Source of the DNA: Podarcis cretensis
Lineage: Eukaryota
Reading direction: 5' to 3'
Length of the DNA stretch: 64,000 nt
Assembly: GCA_951804945.1 (NCBI GenBank)
Contig: OX638154.1
Span: 9,610,001 to 9,674,000 of the forward strand
Of the stretch, positions 36,504-50,380 are shown in pieces. The translations under genes and the position numbers were made by a program. Under the pieces are notes generated by a model that was not told the origin of the DNA, searched no databases, and saw only the letters and a program-made list of their open reading frames with translations. Within the stretch, counting starts at the first letter, position 1. Every line of letters starts with the position of its first letter.

Positions 36504-36674
36504 CCGGTCGATTGCGGTATGTCCCTGGTCGATCGCGGGATCATGCCCCCTCCCCCCAAAGCTCAACAACTTTGATGCTTTCCCAACAAAAGCTCAACAA
36601 CTCTGGTCAATCCAATGGGTAGCTCACTGCCAATTTTTAATAGATCGCAGTCTACTGGAAGTTGGACGTGCCTG
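36504..36674. mobile_element. hAT-like remnant
   Basis: GGTCGAT(C/T)GCGG and AAAGCTCAACAACT repeats; right end AAGTTGGACGTGCCTG; ctatata on both sides. Confidence 0.5.
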
Positions 36675-39600
36675 CTATATAAAAATCATAGTTTGGGAAA
36701 TTGGGGGACATAACCACAAGAACTTTGATCTTTTAAAAAGGCACAGGGAGGTTAGTTAAGTTTTAAAATATTGGTACGCAACATGACATGCTCCAAATGA
36801 GCAGAAGTGGTCAGCATCTTTGAACAGAAGCAAACACAGAAAGCCCATGGAACATCATTGACGTTGAAAGGTAAGATTGTCATTTCCAGACTATATTATA
36901 GGTGTGCTTGAACTCCTACAATCAAAAACTCACAAGATCTCAAGATTTCAGCACTGAGCTCGCCCAGTGGTGTGAGGAATGTCCCAAGGAACTCAAGCTT
37001 TCATAGCTGAAAGAGACACACACATAAATAAGGTGTAGTTACACACTAGTCCATCAGCTGTCTTGACACTGATAGATTCATTGCCCCAGGGAAGAGAACC
37101 ACAGTCTCTGTCTTATTTCTAGAGGGAATGCTGTTTTTCTATCTAAAACAGTTTTTAATCAAACAGATACGGCATACTAATTAGTCAGAACTGATTAGAA
37201 ATAAGGTTTATTTCAATACTATATTCCTGAGCTTCTGCACTCTTAAGAGATCACCCTGCTATTTATGTATGTTGTCCTTCTGAATAAATAACCACACAAT
37301 ACTGCACATATGCTTGTAAGGAAATTCTCTTCGGCTCCAGGATAAATCACAAGAAATTTCCATTTTGACTGGAAAAAAAAGACTTTCATCCAGTCTCTTT
37401 AGTTTGTGGCAAACAAGCTGAGTAGGGGAGAGAAAATTGAGGTTTTCTCCTTTTGTATCTAAAGTAGTATTTCTTGTAACTTTGAATCTTGAACTTCAAC
37501 CCCTTTCCATTTGTGTATATTGCTGAGGATTCTCAGGAAAAGTCTAGGGCACATACTCAGTTTACAGGCCTGTTAGGCATAGCTGTCAGCCTGTTGGAAC
37601 TGAGATTACAACTTAGAAGTTGTAAAAATCTGACACTTCCCCACAACTGTGCATTTCATGGTTTGGTTATGGCAAACTAACTTCCTTGAAACCGTACCAG
37701 TCATTTAAGGAACTCCTCATAAGCTTTTGATAAACCCAAGCATCCCTAGAGCGCCATCTGAAAACCATACTAACATAGGGCACACTCTAAAATCCTATAA
37801 ACAAAGAACCTTATTTCAAACTACTTGAATCTGAAAAAACAACCACTATTTCAAAATATGGACTGCCTGAAGAATTTTTTCAGATTCCACGTTGCTCTTG
37901 ATTCTGAAGGCCTAGTTAAATGTTCAGGGGAAGAGAAGTCTTCTAATAGGGTTGTGACAACTCAGAAAGCATGTGCAATTTGTTTGAAAGCACCCCCATC
38001 ATAATCCTCCTTGATGACAGCATACATATACTTCTACCAACAGGTTTTTTTAAAAAAAAAATAGAGGACACGGTCCAAATCATAATTTTCTGTGTGTGTT
38101 TTGAGGTGAGTCATATACATGAAGCCTATTAGAACCTTTTCGGATAAGTTGTCTCAGTTCTCAGTATACGCGGACATGTACGGGGAGAGGTATAAAATCT
38201 GCTATCCATATATTTTAATGAAATTTACTGCTCTTATTACATGATCTTAATAAAATGTATTTTGTGCAAAGTGGTCATTGTCTCTTTCAATTCAGATGTT
38301 TTAGTGGCTGTAACCATGTATTGGACTCGGTCTAGTTAGTAAAATATGTCTTATTGTATAGTGCCACCTGCTAGGCTGCTAAAAATGTTATTCACACACA
38401 TAGTTGAGACATACATTCTGTATCACAGGATCAATTCTGGCTTTCAGACTGTTACTTTACCAGGCTGGGACAAAATATTTTAACAAAACAAATATCCTAA
38501 AGCATTTCGGTATTAGTTGGTATCAGTTATTCAGTAGAGCTTGCTCTGATATGTTTAAGATAGAGACTACAATATGCTTGACAGTATAATCCTCTACATA
38601 TCTACTTAGAAGTTAATCCTCTTCAATTTCATAGGACTTACCTAGGACTAAGTTTGGTTTACAGAGGTTGTAGGTGAAATGGTTGTGACATACCTAGTGG
38701 TGATCATAAATAGTAGAGCTGGAGTACATCATGCGAATTCCTCGTCTGTGCCTGGACCATTAGATGACTGTGCTGCATGGCAGACTTCTGTTCTACAAGA
38801 AGTCACTTCAGCTGATGTCAAAACCAAGAAAGAAAAAGAAAACATAATTTGTACTGGAACTGAAACTTGTTAATGTCACTAAACTTTAGGAGTTAAAAGT
38901 TGTAATTAGTTAAATCATTCTGTGTTTGGTGAAATAAGCTTCATTGCTACCTGCTTTTTCTTCTCAATTAGTAATGGGGAATGGAAATATGGGAAATGGA
39001 TCAGAATGGCTGTCCCAGCCCCTACTCCCCGCAAGGAAATCTGCAGTGATATTGTTCCAACCTACATGAATTATCACACCTCCTCCATCATCAGTCCAAT
39101 GTGTGTGATTCACATACCTGACACTGCTAAGCAGTAGAATGTCCAAAGAGCACTTGGTCATCTTATCTGACTGTTTCTTTTCCTACACTGACTAATGCAG
39201 GGCAGGGGAGGTGGGATAACCTAGGTGGATCCTTCAAGTATATGGCCCCATGCCAGCTGTCATAATTGCAACAAGCATGCCTTCTTGGAATCAGGTTCTA
39301 TTCACTAAAAACCTTTTCAGCACTTGCAGACATTTATGCTGAAACTTGATGAAGATTTTCTATTTTGTTCCACAGACCATTTTGACTTACATATTTTCAA
39401 ACACTGGCAGTGTCTCTTTCCCCGCAAGGAAGTTAGCATGTTCTCAAATATACAAATGAAATCATTGAGTGGTGGAATCGGGAGTGGATATCTGCAGAAC
39501 TCATCTCCATACACTATTGAAGCTTGGTGTTTCTTGCAGCAAAAGCTTAATATTTTAGTCAATAGGTATTCCCTAGCCCAAAGCTAGAAGAATATTAAAA

Positions 39601-40147
39601 GAAGAATATTGAGTATCTTGGTAATTGGAAGGAGGATCTTCGCAGTGAAAAAGCACCACTTGTACCTTTGATGCATTGTTTATAATACAATACTACGTGC
39701 AGTCCGGATCATCAACATGAGACTCTCAGGTGCACATGTGCCTACAAGAGCCTTTCCTGCTTCTGGAATTAAGACTTGAAGAAAGCATTCAATTCTAGTC
39801 AACAGAATAGGTTCCTGTGCATGTTTAGCTCCTCATTCTCTCTCTCTCGTGTGTGTGTGTGTGTATCCCCCACAACTTTTCCAATATGCACATTGCTCAC
39901 TGGCCCAAAATGATTGGTGACTCTAAAGAGGAGCAATATTTACAGGGCACCACACCCTTCCACAGCCTTTTTTTTTTTTTTTTTTACTGAAATTCATTTT
40001 CTGCTTTCCTCAAAAGCAACTATAATAATCATATTGCTTACTAGATAGCTGGCACTTGTTGGTCAGGCTGAGCACAACTAACATTGAGGAATTGTGTAAA
40101 CTAGTCTTAGTACTGCTGCCAATTCCAGTTATGAATAAGGGACATTA

Positions 40148-40376
40148 CGGTGGATGCTTGGGTTGTGAGCGTGATTCGTGCGGGAGGCACGCTCGCAACC
40201 TGCAGCGCACACGCGGGTCGCGATTCAGCGCTTCTGCACATTCGCAGAGTGAGATTTAGTGCTTCGCATGCGCAAGCGTTGAAACCCAGAAGTAACCCAT
40301 TCTGGTACTTCTGGGTTCGGCACGGTGCACAACCTGAAAACACAGCCTGAAGTGTCTGTAACCCGAGGTATGACTG
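40148..40376. mobile_element. TcMar (Tigger-like) MITE, diverged TIRs
   Basis: TA-CGGTGGATGCTTGGGTT...AACCCGAGGTATGACTG-TA; CpG-rich interior. Confidence 0.7.
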
Positions 40377-40877
40377 TATTGAGGTTCAGGTAAAGAAGGC
40401 TATAAAAAAGATCACTGAAGTAGTCCTACAGCTGCTTAATGAGCAGCACTGGTTTGCACCTACAGTGGTGACAAATCTTTTATGAAAACTTACTTTATAA
40501 AAATTCTTGGTTTTATGTCAAGAAATAAGCGTTCAGGGCTTTTTAAAAGTTTATGGGAGTGATGACATGAATGTCTTAATTTCTTAGAAACAGTAAGCCT
40601 CCATATACTTACCTGAATTCATAATATGGGCAGCAGCAACTAGACAGGAATTGATAAGTTTCCCTTAGGGGTCATATTTTTTAATATAGTTTACATTCTT
40701 TCCTCTGATTCATATTCAGATCAATCTAGGAATATAGTGTAGAGTAAAAAATACTAGTGGTTTTTTTTAAAAGGACTAGCTTTTTTTAAAAAAAAAATAT
40801 CAATATTTTTAACCTTCCTCCGGAAATAAATGTTGGTATACACTTTTGTAACTAGGCTCTTTTTTAACTAGGCTCTT

Positions 40878-41100
40878 ATAAGAACCTAAGATGAACCTGC
40901 TGAATCAGGCCATTGGCCCATCTAGACCAGCATCATGTTCTCAATGGGGCCAACCTGTGAGATGCCTGCAAACTAGACCATGAGCACAACAGCACTGTGC
41001 CCATCTTAGATCCCCAGGAACTGGTATTTAGAGCCATAATGCCTCTGACTGGAGGTTGAATAGAGCCATTGAGGCATGTAGGAGCCATTGATAAACTTTA
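40878..41100 (-). mobile_element. CR1 3'-end fragment
   Basis: taagaacctaagatgaacctgctgaatcaggccattggcccatctagaccagcatc... Confidence 0.6.
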
Positions 41101-43224
41101 ATAAATAAATAGGCTTACATGGTTGCTCATTATGCCTCCACAAAGAGTATAGTCTCTTTGTCACATTATCCCCAATAGTCATTGCTTGTAATCTGGCTTG
41201 CTTCATGTTTCCATTATCCACAGAGGCTAAACAGCCACGCAGAAGCTGCTTTCTTAAGTAGTGGTTTTAAAATTTATAGGGTTTGTATTTATAAGCTGGT
41301 TTATAAAACATTTCTGCCCACCCTTTCTAAATTAACTAGGTTAGTTACTTATAACCAGTTATTTAATACTTCTTAGCTGTGCACAAGAGATTGTAGTTAA
41401 CTAATGCAAAATCATTTTTATTTCCATGTAACTTCTCACCTACATCCCCATTGGTTTTAAAACTGGGTTGGCCACCTTGAGGGCAATATAAGTATATATA
41501 GTTTGAACCCAGTAAGCCTAGCTCAACACTACACAACACTTTTGAATGCCAGCATTACAGTAGAACAGCTCAGTGTGTCAAAAAAATGATGGAAGGAGAA
41601 AACACGGCTTGGCAGAAGTGTAGGTGGATTGTTCTGAGAACACCAAAGTTTATGTGGAGTACCAGAGATCTTTGTAAGATTAATAGGCAAAAGCTGATCA
41701 AATTGTCCATGAAAGATTAGGCACAATTCTCTGCATGGTCACTCAGAAGTGTGCCCAGTGAGTTCAATGGGAATTACTCCCAGATAATGGTGTAAAGGAC
41801 TGGAAGATAAATTAATCAGAACAGTTAAGGGGATGCAAATGACAGCTTCCTTCGGAATTACAAACTAATTTTTTTAAAAGTCAGAGTAAACATTTTTCAC
41901 AACCATGTTTTTTTTAATGTGGAGTTATTAGTAATGGTCATTCTACATTTATTCTTTGCTGCTCTAAAACATTTTGTCTTCTAAAAGTACTTTCCTATTT
42001 CATGCAATACATTTGTTAAGTCGTTGGTTTTTATCCTCATTCAGCAGACTTTCTGAGCACATGCTACATTTTAAACAGCCAAACAATTTATACTTTTCAA
42101 CTGAAATGCCAACTTCCTTCATTTTAAGAGAAACAAAGTGAAGTTTTTTCCTATTAAATATATTTAGGGCAACTTAAGTTAATAAACATGATCAGTGTTA
42201 AGATCAAAATCTTAAAAAGTAATAGTAATGGAAATGATTAGTACTTCAGCTTTACTTAAAGATCACACACAAAAGAGAATTGAACACAACCAACTAAAAC
42301 GAGAAAATCAAAATAATGCATTGACTGTCAAAATGTAGAGTAGTAGCCACTCCAGTAATTATTACTTTAGTGATTGTGGGAGGCATCTGATGGGCTAAGT
42401 CACTGGGATTGCTAGATGAAAGTATTGAATATAATGCAGAACTAAGATATAAAAAGACTACAAATTTGGAAATAATGCATCAGTTGAATATTGTACTTGC
42501 CCTTATCTTCCTCCAAATGATAATACATTTAATGCAAATCGGAAATAAAATTATTCTCAGAAGATGAGATCCTTCATCCTCATTACTTAGCACTCTTCTA
42601 ATAAATTGAAATAGGCTACTTAATATTTGATCTGTTTTACTGTAACCTATTAGGGTGTGAACTATCATGGCATTTAACTATTCTTAAGTCTATAATATTC
42701 ATATACTCTTAACTATATTCCTGAACATTTGCACAAGTGGGCAGAATGGACAGTAAAATTGGAGTTGAGGAAAGAAAAAGCAATGCATTATCAGACTCAT
42801 CTACATGACTGTCCAGTTCTTAGGGTGGAGTCTCTGTTGTATGTATAGTAATGAAAAACTTAAGCGCAACCTTATGAAACAACAACAGTGGTTTCCAGGG
42901 GCTTTATTGTTACTCATTTTCCATATATAATAGTATGAATGGTAAAAGCCTCAGTGTATGTATAATTCTATTTGTTGACCTAGTGATACTAACCTTGTAA
43001 GGTTATATCTCCATTGAAACATTTAACTAAACTGGAAATTGCTGGATCTCTCTCTCAGCAGTCTATTTCATAATTACCTCTGTTCCATTTCTCCTTTGAC
43101 TAATTCTGTATTTCCCCCAGTCATTATGCAGTGCTTTGTTAACCATCATTATGACTTACAGAAAGATCAGATGTTTGTATGTCTGCTGAAAGCAGGACTG
43201 GCAAAACTGGTGGTAGTGATGGTC

Positions 43225-43225
<1 letters not shown>

Positions 43226-43266
<41 letters not shown>

Positions 43267-43280
43267 CAACAACAACAACA
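43226..43280. repeat. (TAA)13 microsatellite followed by (AAC)n
   Basis: Direct reading. Confidence 0.95.
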
Positions 43281-43363
43281 CCATACTCATTTGACTGTTG
43301 ATTTGTTAATTATTTGGAAATCATAAAAATGCACAATTTTCTATTACCCTCTGATAATTTATA

Positions 43364-43408
43364 TAGTTACTTGTGGAATCCTAAATTTGAGGATTCCACA
43401 AGTAACTA
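43364..43408. repeat. Perfect inverted repeat, 19-bp arms, 7-nt spacer
   Basis: TAGTTACTTGTGGAATCCT-aaatttg-AGGATTCCACAAGTAACTA. Confidence 0.95.
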
Positions 43409-44568
43409 ATAATAATAAGAGCCACTCTTTATTAAGGATCTAATCAGTCTCTGAAAGGTTAATTGCTTAAAAAATACAGCAGCCAAATTACTGGGATTCC
43501 ATTTAGAACCCTAATCCAGGGTGCTCATGCTAGTGTTTAAAGCCCTAAACCACAAGTCCCAGTGTCTAAAACACCTTATTTCCTACAGATCCTCTTGGGT
43601 GATAAGATCAGCAGAGAGGGCCCTCTTGATAGTTCTGCCACCCTGGCTGGTGATGGCCTGGGAGAGGGCACTATGCGGCAGCTGCTAAATTATATAATTC
43701 CTTCTCCACAGAGATGCATTCAGCACCTTTTAAAAACATAGTTTCTGGTGCATGATGAAGACACACCTCTTTACCCTGGCCTTTGACACCTGAGATATAT
43801 ATTTTTGGTTCCCACCCTATTATTTTGATTGTATTTGTTTTAAATTGATATTAATATTGTGCATTACATTGCTGTAACCTGACATGTGACCTTGTGGGAT
43901 GGATGATAAACAAATTAATAATGCACGCTCACCTGGGAGTTAAGTACCATTGGACTTAATGGGACTTGGTTGTGGGTAGGCATAGGACTGTACTGCAAGG
44001 ATTGTGCTTTGTAGATAAGTGACATGATCCATGGAGGAATCTCATAGGCATCATGAACATACGCTGAGAAGTTTGACTGGCTCCCTCCTTGCTGTTCTTC
44101 GGCCAGCAGGTGAAGCCATTCTTATTCCAACAGGCCTTTTGGTACTGATTTTTAAGGAAAGGGCTGGTGCTGTGAATTAAATAGTTTTCCCCTCCCCTAA
44201 ATTTTTAGCTGTTTCTATTTTATCTGTAAGCAGCCTTGAGTATCTGTCTGGGAGAAAGTTAAGGATGATTATAAGAACATCTTCATTATCATCAAGTGAC
44301 AATCACCAGTTTTACTACATAAAAGCATATATTGGTTTCTCAGTAATATTGAGAAGAAAATACAGTTTTTGACTTAGTTACAGTCTGACAGTTACTTTAA
44401 TGTGCTGTTTTCCGCTAATTATTATTACATTCATTAATAAAGTAGAGTATGCATAGTGTTCTGTAACATTTTTCACATTGTTTGTTACAAATCTTAGCAA
44501 TGACTGACTTCAAGCTTACTTTTTTTAAAAAAAAAAAATCTTACATGAAATCTTGTTTTGTCTTACAG

Positions 44569-47500
44569 GTCTTGAATCAGCACGTCCAAACTTAATTCTT
44601 GGATTAGTAATTTGTCAGAAAACTAAGCGACCTGCAGCTGTGGAAACTGAAAAGATGGAAGAAAAGAAAAGCAGGATTCAGTTGCAGGAAGAAACTGAAG
44701 TATCTGCGTACCCTAAAGGCAATATGGCTTCTCAGCAAGAGAAAAAACCTGCAAAATTCTCTCTCTATACTGGAGAAACAATTGTCAGTACAACACCCCC
44801 TGGATCTCCTCCACCTCCACCCCCAGAGCCAACTTCTGCGTTAAAAATATTGTCATCAATTAAATCTGGAAGCTCAGCCACTGTTGCACAATCAAGTGCT
44901 TCTGTGTTGGGAATTAACACAGCTACTGCATCTTCTACTGCTTCCTCATCTTCAAAATCAGCCACACCACTTGATCACATCCTGCAAACTCTTTTCGGGA
45001 AAAAGAAATCTTTTGATCCTGTTTCCAAGGATTCTGATGGTGCTCAGACTGAAATGCAGACTGTTGGTGAGGAAGGATTACCAGCAGCTCCCATACTTGA
45101 TCCCATTGTGCAGCAATTTGGACAAATGTCGAAAGACAAAGCTATAGAAGAGGAGGAAGATGACAGGCCTTATGATCCTGAGGAAGAGTATGCTCCACAG
45201 AAAGCTTTTGAAATGCAAAGTTGTGAAAGTGGTCTTGAAAAAAGATGTGAAACTTCAGAGCAAGAAGATGAAGCCTATGATCCAGAAGATGAAACTATCT
45301 TAGAAGAGGCAAAGGTTACTGTTGATGATTTGCCTAATAAAATGTTTTTGGAATCTAAAAGCCACTCCTTGACAGCATCATCTTCATTTGTGCCCGATGT
45401 ATCTGCTCCACCATCTTTGGTAGAGCAACAGAAAATGTTAGAAGAATTAAACAAACAAATAGAAGAACAGAAAAGACAGCTGGAAGAACAAGAAGAAGCC
45501 CTCAGGCAACAACGAGCAGCTGTTGGTGTATCAATGGCTCATTTTTCAGTTTCTGATGCTTTGATGTCACCACCTCCAAAATCATCTCTAGCAAAAAATG
45601 AGCTATTCCAACATGAAAAACAAACTACTGAAAAATCTGAATTGCCTACATCCACAAGTCAAACTCAATTGTTAAATCAGGGAAGTGATCCTAGACAAAG
45701 TAGAGATCCCAGACAAGCTAGAAGGATTCTAACAGAGTGTAATGAAAGTGCTGACTCTAATGTAAAGCAGCATGTTATAGAATCGCCTACAGTACAAATT
45801 CCTCCACCCAGCTATGCAGGTCCATTGCAAACTGCACTTGACAAAGCAGATAAAACATTGATTTCTGTCCCTCATCCTAGTCATAAAGATACATGGGTTA
45901 CTAGTGAAAAAGGTTCTGTTATGTCTGAACAAGATGTGCCCACTATCAACCCTGAAAATGCCCCACAGGTTCACCAAGAAACTGTAAATAAACCAGCTTC
46001 TATTGAAACATTTACAACTGCACCTGTTCGTAAAGTACTGCTACCCACCCCTGTCAATCCATGTTTCCTCCCTACTTTCTCTTCACCTAACAGTGTTCAG
46101 TCTGTAGCTTGGTCAAATGAATCTCAGGAGAAAAATGTTCCTGGGGTAGCAAGGGATTCTTTCCCAAGCCCAGTGTTCCCATCTCAGGAGAAAGCTCCTC
46201 GTCATTTTGAAACAGAAAGAGGTCCATCACATTATGAAGACCAAAGAAATCCACAGCCTTGCCACTTTTATGAACAAATGGAGTCACCCACAATTAAAAA
46301 TGATGAAGAAAGAGGTGGGCCCCCATTTTCTTCTCTTGGACACAAAAGCGGTCCTCCATTAATGAGTGGTGCTCCAGATTTACATGGACAGAGGGGTCTA
46401 CCACAACAATTTACTGAAGGGCATAATCCTCTACCAAATAATGATGGACAAAGAGGGCCTCCACCCAACAGGTTTGGAGCCCCAAGAGCACCTATCCCTT
46501 CCTTATTTTCTGCACAACATGGACCACCACCACCACATTTTGGTGATAATAGGGGCCCTTCACAATCATTTCCTGATGGGCCAAGAGAAATTGCACCTTC
46601 TCAATTAGAAGAGCATAGGGAACCTCACATGGAACACAGGGATTCCCAATATGCAGATCCCCAATATCATGAGATGAGTGGTGGTCCTGGACAATTTGAA
46701 GGACCTGAGCCTCCGCAGTTTATGGGAAATAGAGGACCTTCACCCTTTCCTTTCGGGAACCCAAGAAGGCCTCCACCAAATCAATTTAAAGGTCAAAGAG
46801 GAGGCCCGTCACCTCAGTTTGGAGGGCCAAGAGGTCCATCACCTAACCATTTTGGTGGTTCAAGAGGTCCTCCCCCAAATCAGTTTGAAGGACAAAGAGG
46901 ACCTGCTCCAAGTCACATGCCAGGACCAAGAGGACTTCTACCACCACCGTTTGAAGAACGGAGAGGGAGCCCACCACCCAGGTTTCCAAATCAGAGAGGT
47001 CCAGCACCACATCAGTTTGGAGGACCAAGGGGACCTGCACCTGGTCCATTTCCAGAAAAAAATGAACCTCCCCCAAATAGACATAACTTTCCAGGACAAT
47101 CTCAGCAAGGTATGAAACCAAGCCCCAGACCACTCTTGGATCTTCCAAGTCATCCACCTCAGCACAGGAAAGAGATGTGGGATGAAACTGGACCACCTGC
47201 CTCTCATCCTAATACTTCAGGGCAGGGTTCTGAGACAGAAGCACAATGGTCAGCATCTGATTTTCGAGATGGCCGAAGTAATGACTATAGAGCTCAGACT
47301 TTTGAAGGGAGACAAAGAGAGAGATTTGAGGGAGGTAATAAGGAAAAAATACTAGAGCAGTCTGATCAGTCAGATAATCGATCAAATAGAGTAACGGATG
47401 ATAGACGACGAGATCGTGACCACAACTGGGCTTGGGAAAGGGACCGTGGCAGAAACTGGAATAGGGGGAGAGAAAGGGAATGGGAGAGACATAAAGAAAA

Positions 47501-47861
47501 AGACTGGGATAAAAACAGAGAGAGAAACTATAACAAAGACAGGGATAGAGATTCAGAACGGGGGAAAGACTGGGAAAGAACCAGAGAGAGAGCCAGAACC
47601 AGAGATGGAGATACTTACCGAAGACGAGACAGATCAAGAAGCAGAGACCGTGATTATGACAGATTCAGGGACAGAGAACGAGCTCGAAGTAGAGACAGAG
47701 AAAGGGATAGAGAAAGAGATAGAGACCGTGACAAAGACAGAGCAAGAGATCGCAAGGACCGGAGTAAAAGTAAGGAGTGCGATAAGGACTCTAAGCAAGA
47801 AACACAAACTGGTGGCCAAAGGGCATCACATGCAGAAGCTTCTTCCGCTAAGCAGACATAG
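44569..47861 (+). CDS. DIDO1: DIDO1 terminal exon (Dido3-specific: SPOC end, coiled coil, Gly/Pro/Arg repeats, RD/RE tail)
   Basis: gtcttacag|GT CTT GAA. LESARPNLILGLVICQK...PLDHILQTLFGKKKSFD...SLVEQQKMLEELNKQIEEQKRQLEEQEEALRQQRAAVGVSMAHFSVSDALMSPPPK...RPLLDLPSHPPQHRK...RDRDRD. TAG at 47859-47861. Confidence 0.97.
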
Positions 47862-49710
47862 AAACATAATTATTCTTCAATAATGAGCCACATGAGGAAG
47901 AAAAACATGACTCTTTATTACTTGTACATATTGTATATTCTGATCGTTAGGCATAGTTTGGTAAAACCTGTTTCACAAATGAGATTTTGGATTGTAAATG
48001 CATATATTCATATATTAAGCAGGTACATGCTGGACTTGCTACATTTTGTTCGCCTCCTCCCTCTATAAGATATGTAAGGCACAATCCTTTCCCGCATGGG
48101 CACAGTGCCTGAGTACTGTTTCCCCCTAGCCTTGGACCATTGCACTGCCTGCTAGACCAGGGGTCTGGGACCAGGGGATCCAATATTCCATCCACACAGA
48201 AAAACTAATGCCTATAGCATTACAGTTCTAAAATGTTGCTTTTTTCCTACTTACTTTGTCTTTAAATTTCCATTTACAGAAGTAAAAATGGGAACTCTCT
48301 TCAATGAGCACATTGCTTTTTATGGATGTAAAGTTATGTTTTCCACTAACTTGAAATGTAATTTTATGAAAATTTAAACAATATCTTAGAAGCCATACCA
48401 TTACATCTTAAATATATAGTATTTTGGTGTTTCAGTACAGTAGTTCCTACATTCAGGAGAGCCCAACATTTCTGTCCTGAGCTAATTAGGGCAGGATTTT
48501 GTGTATTTAAAGAAAGATTGCTGGGGAGCAGTATTTCTAGCAGCTGGCAGAGTATTTGAATAATAAACATTAAGCTTCTAGGTTCATTATCTTCCTTTTT
48601 ACATGGGCATTTTGAGTTAGATTTCAACTAAGACAAAAAAATGCCTGAGTAAGTAACCATATTTCCTGTTTAGTTTAAGGTTTTTAATGTTGAATTTGTA
48701 CAAAAAGTGTAATTGATTAAAAATTAATGACACCTCTATACAAAGCAACTAAACTTTTAAAACATACTTATTGGAAAACATTTTATAAATGGTTCAAATG
48801 ACTGATTGAAAAGAGAGTAGTTTGCAGATCTAATCCTTTGTGCAGAATAAATATGGATAATTTAAGCAGTTTGACTTTTCCAGTGTTTAAAGGAAAATAT
48901 TTGAACAAGCTGTGTTAAGTACCTTTGGGTCTTACTAATAACAATGGGAGACATTTAAGTATGTAATAATTGCCCCATTGAAATATGTGGAGCTTAAAAG
49001 TGCTTAAATTAGTCTAGAATACATCCTCAGTTCTGTTCTTGCCACACTCATGGCTATCTTGATAACATTGGAAATAAATATTTGTGTAAAAAATGGAGTA
49101 GTAAAACTGATACTAACAAATCTGCTTTAAAGAGGAGAGCTTTTCACTGTGAAATAATGCAGTATACTATTACTTTTCCTGTATCTTTCAAGATCATAAT
49201 TCAAAAGAATGCATGGGGGGAAATCCAACCAGTTTAACTGAATTTATGCACTTATAGTTGAGCAGTTACTTTGATATTTTTATAAACATTTTGCAAATGT
49301 AAAAATAGATTCGTAACATTGGCATTTTCAGATCTGCATTTCAAGTAGCACTACTCCTATAAATAAATCACTACAGATTTACACTTTATATTGGTACATC
49401 TTACACTTTAAACATCAAGGACAAACTGATTTAAACAATGACCTGTATGCAAAACTCTTTTGCAGAAATATTAAAAAGAAAGAGGTAGTGTAGAACATAA
49501 ATATCTACTATGATGTAATTTTTCTATTCAAAATGTTTCTAACTTAGATATATATGAAAGTATGCAAAATCAAGTGTTTGTTTAGGTTTATTTGAAAGGG
49601 GTTTCTGTAAATTGTATTTTATATTTCAGAATATATCACTGTACATTAAATGTGGAACTTCATAGGTTTTGTTACTGTAAGTCAAATAAACATGTAAAGA
49701 AAGCCGTTGT
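47862..49710 (+). other. DIDO1: Probable DIDO1 (Dido3) 3' UTR with distal polyA signal
   Basis: AT-rich with no recognisable repeats. AATAAA at 49685-49690 is preceded by several TGTA motifs. Other AATAAA at 48562, 48846, 49073 and 49362. Confidence 0.6.
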
Positions 49711-50184
49711 CTCAAAATTTTCATAGGAACTGATGGCAGAATCTGCCACATTAATCCAAATACACTACTCTAATGCTTCAGTTTCTTTGGATGGTTGATT
49801 CCAAAACAGGGTATCTCTATTTTGAGAAGATGCAAGAGGAATGGGTAGCTGACTTTGCAACCACTAGATGAGCTCTTCAGCCAGAGATCACTTAGTAAAA
49901 CGAGGAATACGTCACTCAAATAGTCTAACAACAACAAAAAAGTATGGTCATTTGGTTGGCTGTTGGCCAGTCCTGTGACATGATGCTCAGTGCTCCATCT
50001 GCATGTCAGTATAGCAGTCATGCCTCTCAGTACTACACTGAACCCAGGTCTTCCCTTGTACTCATGCAGCAATGGATGCAAACCCCAGTGCTCTTTATTG
50101 GAAAGATAAAGATTGTTACTCTACAAAACTGTAGCCATAAAGTATATTTGAGAATGATCAAGGTACTTCAAACACTCACAAAAC

Positions 50185-50380
50185 AAAATAATAATAAATT
50201 CCTTCCAGTAGCACCTTTTGTTATTGGTATAAGCTTTTGTGTGCATGTACACTTCTTCAGATACGCACATGAAAGCTCATACCAATAACAAACTTAGTTG
50301 GTCTCGTAAGGTGCTACTGGAAGGAATTTGTTTGTTTGTTTGTTTTGACTACGGCAGACCAACACGGCTACCTACCTGTA
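50185..50380. mobile_element. Penelope-like element remnant (inverted repeat)
   Basis: Same sequence family as 17691-17911; direct repeat actcacaaaac at 50174-50184 and 50381-50391. Confidence 0.75.

Noticed and set aside
40605-40615. ATACTTACCTG, identical to the U1 snRNA 5' end
   Set aside because: The match stops after 11 nt; it is simply a consensus donor on the minus strand.
43039-43326. ORF with poly-Ile 'transmembrane' segment
   Set aside because: Translation of the (TAA)n/(AAC)n microsatellite.
44520-44538. T-run/A-run palindrome near the last acceptor
   Set aside because: The same TnAn motif recurs at many unrelated sites (11802, 27805, 38045, 40781); a low-complexity trait of this genome.
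44765-47883. Alternative-frame and antisense ORFs overlapping the DIDO1 last exon
   Set aside because: Shadows of a long low-complexity coding exon.
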